Shown here: one piece after another, positions 17,501 through 18,223 of the stretch | How the letters are laid out: the number at the start of each line of letters is the position of its first letter | Position numbering within the stretch: position 1 is the stretch's first letter | DNA from: Fidelibacterota bacterium | GTDB taxonomy: Bacteria > Fidelibacterota > Marinisomatia > Marinisomatales > S15-B10 | Length of the DNA: 18,223 nucleotides | Assembly: GCA_046861655.1 (NCBI GenBank) | Contig: JBHIAI010000024.1 | Span: forward strand, 1 to 18,223 | Reading direction: 5' to 3' | Made by a program: the position numbers and the translations under genes | Notes under the pieces: generated by a model | The model's input: the letters and a program-made list of their open reading frames with translations, nothing else | What the model was told of the DNA's origin: nothing | The model's database searches: none

Positions 17501-18223
17501 GTCTGAAGAGGCTCCATCGCTTGCCGTGAGTTTGGCCTGTTGAGTCCAGTTGCTACCGCTGCGGACAAAGATATAAGCTGATCCGGAACTGCTTCCTTTG
17601 TCATCATCTCGGTATGATCCGACAACTGCGTAATCTCCCCTAATAGAAACTGACTTGCCAAAAAAATCGCTGGCAGCCCCATCACTGGCAGTGAGTTTTG
17701 CCTGCTGCGTCCAACTCGTCCCGCTACGCACGAAGATGTAGGCGGAGCCTGCATCGCTGGCAACGCTGTTGTCATCGGGACTCCCCACAATGACGTAGTC
17801 TCCATCAATGGCGACAGAATGGCCGAAAAAATGATTGGCAGCGGCGTCGCTCGCAGTCAGCTTCGTTTGTTGAGTCCAATTCGTTCCACTCCGCACAAAG
17901 ATGTAGGCCGAACCGGAGCTAGTTCCGTCGTCATCGTTGTATTGGGCACCCACAATGACGTAGTCCCCGCTCATCACAACAGAAATCCCAAAATAGTCGG
18001 AACCTGCTGCGTCGTCTGCCGTGAGCTTGGCCTGCTGACCCCAGTTGTCTGAACCTCCCTCGTTCCGGTAGAAAATGAAAGCGGACCCGGAACTGGATAC
18101 GTTTCCGTCATCCAAGTAACTACCCACGGCAAGATAGTCACCGCTTATGGCCACGGAATATCCGAAATAGTCGTACGTCTGTCCATCACTGGCCGTCCGA
18201 TTCAGCTGGGTCTGGGCGGACGC
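8504..18223 (-). CDS. Giant surface/adhesin-like protein, 5'-truncated (>3239 aa), with FG-GAP and VCBS propellers, FN3 domains, two parallel beta-helix/choice-of-anchor-Q modules and a C-terminal FlgD-Ig/T9SS type A-like sorting domain
   Basis: The frame is open beyond the track start 18154 to the window edge (ASAQTQLNRTASDGQTYDYFGYSVAISGD), so the true start is outside the window; ASA|Q resembles a signal peptidase I site. TGA at 8504-8506. Repeats and domains are visible in the translation. Confidence 0.95.
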   Translation of the reverse strand, partial: ASAQTQLNRTASDGQTYDYFGYSVAISGDYLAVGSYLDDGNVSSSGSAFIFYRNEGGSDNWGQQAKLTADDAAGSDYFGISVVMSGDYVIVGAQYNDDDGTSSGSAYIFVRSGTNWTQQTKLTASDAAANHFFGHSVAIDGDYVIVGSPDDNSVASDAGSAYIFVRSGTSWTQQAKLTASDGAASDFFGKSVSIRGDYAVVGSYRDDDKGSSSGSAYIFVRSGSNWTQQAKLTASDGASSDFFGTSVSISGDYLVVGADGDDDNGGASGSAYIFLRSGSSWGELTKITASDGASSDYFGASVSISDTFVAVGAYGDDDKGSTSGSVYIFKREGTSWTQHNKFLASDGAASDRFGWSVSLDSTTLSIGAPYDNTQTGSVYIYPRLPPAAPTNLAATPGSHQVTLTWTPNTESDFQRYRIYGGTSANPTTKVDSTTGGVNDTTKILTDLTNETIHYYRITAVATDGRESSYSNEVSVIPSLFSDLSAGLTEVYRATAAWGDYDSDGDLDILLTGYTGSQGISKVYGNANGTFSDISAGLEGVYYSSAAWGDYDNDGDLDVLLSGSGSSGYISRVYQNTNGTFTDVSANLIGVREGSVAWGDYDNDGDLDIALSGYTGVWPDYQISKIYRNDGGSFTDISAGLTGVRYSSVAWGDYDNDGDLDLLLTGYTGSAAVTELYKNSDGTFTDIQSTVLQGVYYSSVDWGDYDSDGDLDILLAGYTGSGRVSKVYRNNDGANFTDIAANLDATSLSSVKWGDYDNDGDLDVLQTGYLGGSGTSVHVSRVYRNDTGSFVDINAGLTLSGASYGSGEWGDYDGDGDLDILLVGDTGAGSIYVSNIYRNDITTANAAPTAPTGLSSSVSGDTVTLSWSKSTDDLTAQNALTYNLRVGSSTGGIDLVSPMANVATSGDTAGQRRLPDLGNVNHNTSWSINGLTDGTYFWSVQAIDNGFMGSPFSTEASFTADVPPSTPTGLTAASGDQEITLSWDHNPEADLQRYRIFRDTSSPATTFIDSVVATSPPDSFYVDQGLTDGQTYYYRITAVDNGGHESGYSGEVSAVPGLKVAELLVDSTGSPSPGGSSSGRGYPLNTYYHDVKHQSLYLAQDLVQAGVPAGATVFGVEIKPSQLPGRDLNDFRVATAFTEQTTLDSFLTTSVVYGPDTLAVEDFEVDAWEHFSITAIDWDAADNLVVEFSHDNSAYSSNGGVYLRQAGSNRGRRGYSDSGAGNYPFNESLAATTDDKVVDLQLVYVNPAVLAPSHITATPGHQQIILTWHHSGSSNLSHYVISRGTDPSTLAVLDSVASTDSTFTDAGLTNGITYYYRVKSRTTSGEYSALSEFASATPAYVGPVWWVATDGDNANQGMEESPFADLSTAMASVSQGDTIKLKPGTYTGEGNRGVNPAGLIASNLVIMSTHGADTTFLDAESLDRHFIFESGEDSTFEIVGMTFQNGLKTDGDGGSVHINASGDVPSSPTFKECVFRDNAVSGWWEGGAVAIINSSPKFVRCQFKYNLTESNGGAIMSAGDNSDPTFSGCTFIHNAAANDALDYRTTYGGAVYIGDGHATFTQCDFDSNRVQSGDYAGYGGAVFIGAFNNLEPGKPVTFSRCSFRGNSSSPNDYAYGGAVYAQSRARFVNCLFAGNAATGGADYGYGYGGAVNIDVSSQYNSSTFQYEYGEVTLINCTLTKNVASYVTSGYEGWGGAIYLSSSVQNLILFNSIIWGNSADQNPSVEDNGASPVTGYNDMEHGDSYSWFNAENSLVTDPAFTGPETGDYSLTEASFCLGAGTASFEGLDAPSDDILGNARPDPEGSDPDLGAYESPLGESDYPAPVTGLSALPTSGQVTLSWNANPEGDIDYYLIYMSLTQGFTPAPEDSLDISTDTTYQATGLTDGVTYYFRVAAVDTQGFHGAPSAEVSSTPSYAGPVWWVATDGASGNVGSESSPFESIQTALDAAGSGDTILVKEGLYGGSSNRDMNIDRSVVIMSLSGPDVTVIDAESQGRHFLIDGVSRDVSIAISGFTFINGWDSWSGGSMNIEWSFSDENGPAPVITNCIFLGNSAGTEGGAVRIYDAAPTFVGCEFRDNTAAGSIGGAVFIDGIYASPEFLACKISHNGISTADWSMGGAIHIGTGTATFEDCVIDSNYVDVSNSDNWAEGGAVYISGVDYWYYEPVTFLGCTFRDNRAESDGRAEGGGLAIHGRADLVNCVLSGNEAVGGRTNPSAIGTAGAILADLGEQYNPQTTFYEYGAVNIVNCTITGNVARDETGNNQSAVGGVNLGTDDFFTALFNTILWDNTSDGNPLGNNLSVESLTNKSIDFNDVEGSAGVSWVGDNSLDAPPLFSDPDNGDYSLSPFSPVMEAGTTSFGGINAPSMDILGADRPVPAGTNPDMGAFEGGAVIIVSLPQEVTIVPQDTTFDILFTAMDSQGNPVDEGTTVAWTLIPSTAYVTIVSEDTITTGGEAGVVVAVAADAPRGLEFRVGATLASVRTVISGSYFVLEKVVRAPPPPAGLVINPDDWTQVNSFTLTWTNPSWYYNISGVAYRISGEDPVRIAGDNISQIENIQLPDNGEYPITVWLMDELANESEDSSAQVVARWDNVPPGDFTVTAPGTGWTNETYVRFEWSRSEDATSGLDRYELQVGTNAYTVEPDSTGLTLPDSLDETDYGTVLSAYDLAGNSTAASNAPYVQIDRSPVSLSHTPVVSAMLSTDTDDITVSFFDDRSGIDRVEMFYRRGGLTSWTGPLDMEAMPSRSIPGSEVTTAGLEYYIEAEDVAGNFSRVPESGGFYSIIVTIPGNGQLSTERWPGGIPSGQTVASYNLLSFPILPDANSPSDILTDDLGPYDATKWRFFTYGGGGYIEFPRISRIETGKAYFLISAGSVTLDTDQGTTVSTSDPFEIDLEAGNWNFIGNPFDFQINLENITADDGTSIQGDPNVFTWEGEWRVPGNLRPWFGFIYKSTEAARLYIDPRGGGQAVARSMPVEDPEYPLLRSGPESEWQVKIDAQNGNARDGVNQIGVHREALDGYDRLDAFEPPFLPGGISLRIPHPDWGEHADMYTTDFRSPSTEGHFWDLEVMAGDAHSPARVKIEGIERIPEDFDVFLVDRSLETALNLRWKSTYVFDVPSANSVHHLRLVAGTREFVEDNSAGVDLYPDAYQVSQNFPNPFNAQTTIILSLKDRAVVDLSVYNLLGQEVARLIDHDLRPSGYYNVIWDGRNASGRAVSSGIYVFATRMSSPTGKVLLRQTRKMMLVK
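8507..8810 (-). other. C-terminal secretion/sorting domain (T9SS type A-like / FlgD Ig-like)
   Basis: PDAYQVSQNFPNPFNAQTTI...VYNLLGQEVARL...WDGRNASGRAVSSGIY...TRKMMLVK matches the established QNYPNPFNP / YN..GQ.V / WDG.N..G..V.SG.Y / KM.L.K pattern. Confidence 0.9.
11070..14480 (-). repeat. Tandem duplication of an [FN3 + right-handed beta-helix + choice-of-anchor-Q-like cap] module
   Basis: Copies at ~14480-12790 and ~12765-11070. Both have Y.GPVWWVATDG, GDTI....G.Y.G..NR, DAES..RHF, repeated GGA(I/V) and C.F..N motifs, and GDYSL...S....AGT.SF.G..APS.DILG..RP.P.G..PD.GA(Y/F)E. Confidence 0.88.
15705..16790 (-). repeat. Seven VCBS/FG-GAP-like repeats (beta-propeller) in the 8504..18223 protein
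   Basis: Seven WGDYD(S/N/G)DGDLD motifs. An exact 32-nt DNA repeat lies at 16254-16285 and 16413-16444. Confidence 0.9.
17085..18200 (-). repeat. Seven FG-GAP (integrin-alpha-like, FG-GAP_2 type) repeats
   Basis: Seven units of the form (T/L)A.D.....(Y/F/R)FG.SV....D...VG...DD.....GS.YI(F/Y) at a ~55-aa period. An exact 22-nt repeat lies at 17335-17356 and 17500-17521. Confidence 0.9.

Noticed and set aside
17660..17666. A7 run, and C6 runs in Trp-Gly codons, as phase-variation tracts
   Set aside because: They are too short, explained by DFF and WG codons, and the reading frames are intact.
8663..18052. Numerous short ORFs on both strands within the giant gene
   Set aside because: They overlap a clearly genuine CDS, are Arg/Pro/Gly-rich off-frame translations, and show no recognisable motifs.

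Overview
All credible coding is on the minus strand, forming one co-oriented cluster of four secreted or envelope proteins. In transcription order: (1) a giant (>3239 aa, 5'-truncated) mosaic surface protein with an FG-GAP propeller, a VCBS/FG-GAP-like propeller, FN3 domains, two parallel beta-helices and a C-terminal FlgD-Ig/T9SS-type sorting domain; (2) a CsgG/HfaB-like protein with a C-terminal hydrophobic helix and Pro-rich tail; (3) a signal-peptide-bearing, phage-tail-fibre-like protein with no sorting domain and a low-GC tip; (4) a second giant protein (>1992 aa, 1..5976, 3'-truncated and missing from the ORF track because it has no stop in the window) with a short N-terminal 'SVVGNGG...GTVGQ...GFW' module, a VCBS propeller, tandem FN3 and further beta-sandwich domains. 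The sorting domain and Gln-starting mature proteins point to an FCB-group bacterium (e.g. Marinimicrobia/KSB1-like; inference). The best candidate for an undescribed system is a fibre-display apparatus, in which a cellular phage-like fibre docks on the N-terminal module of a surface-sorted scaffold. The 8283-8503 spacer holds two short heptamer-type arrays and a palindrome-containing promoter candidate. I found no RNA genes, CRISPR array or mobile element. Domain names come from motif recognition, not database searches.
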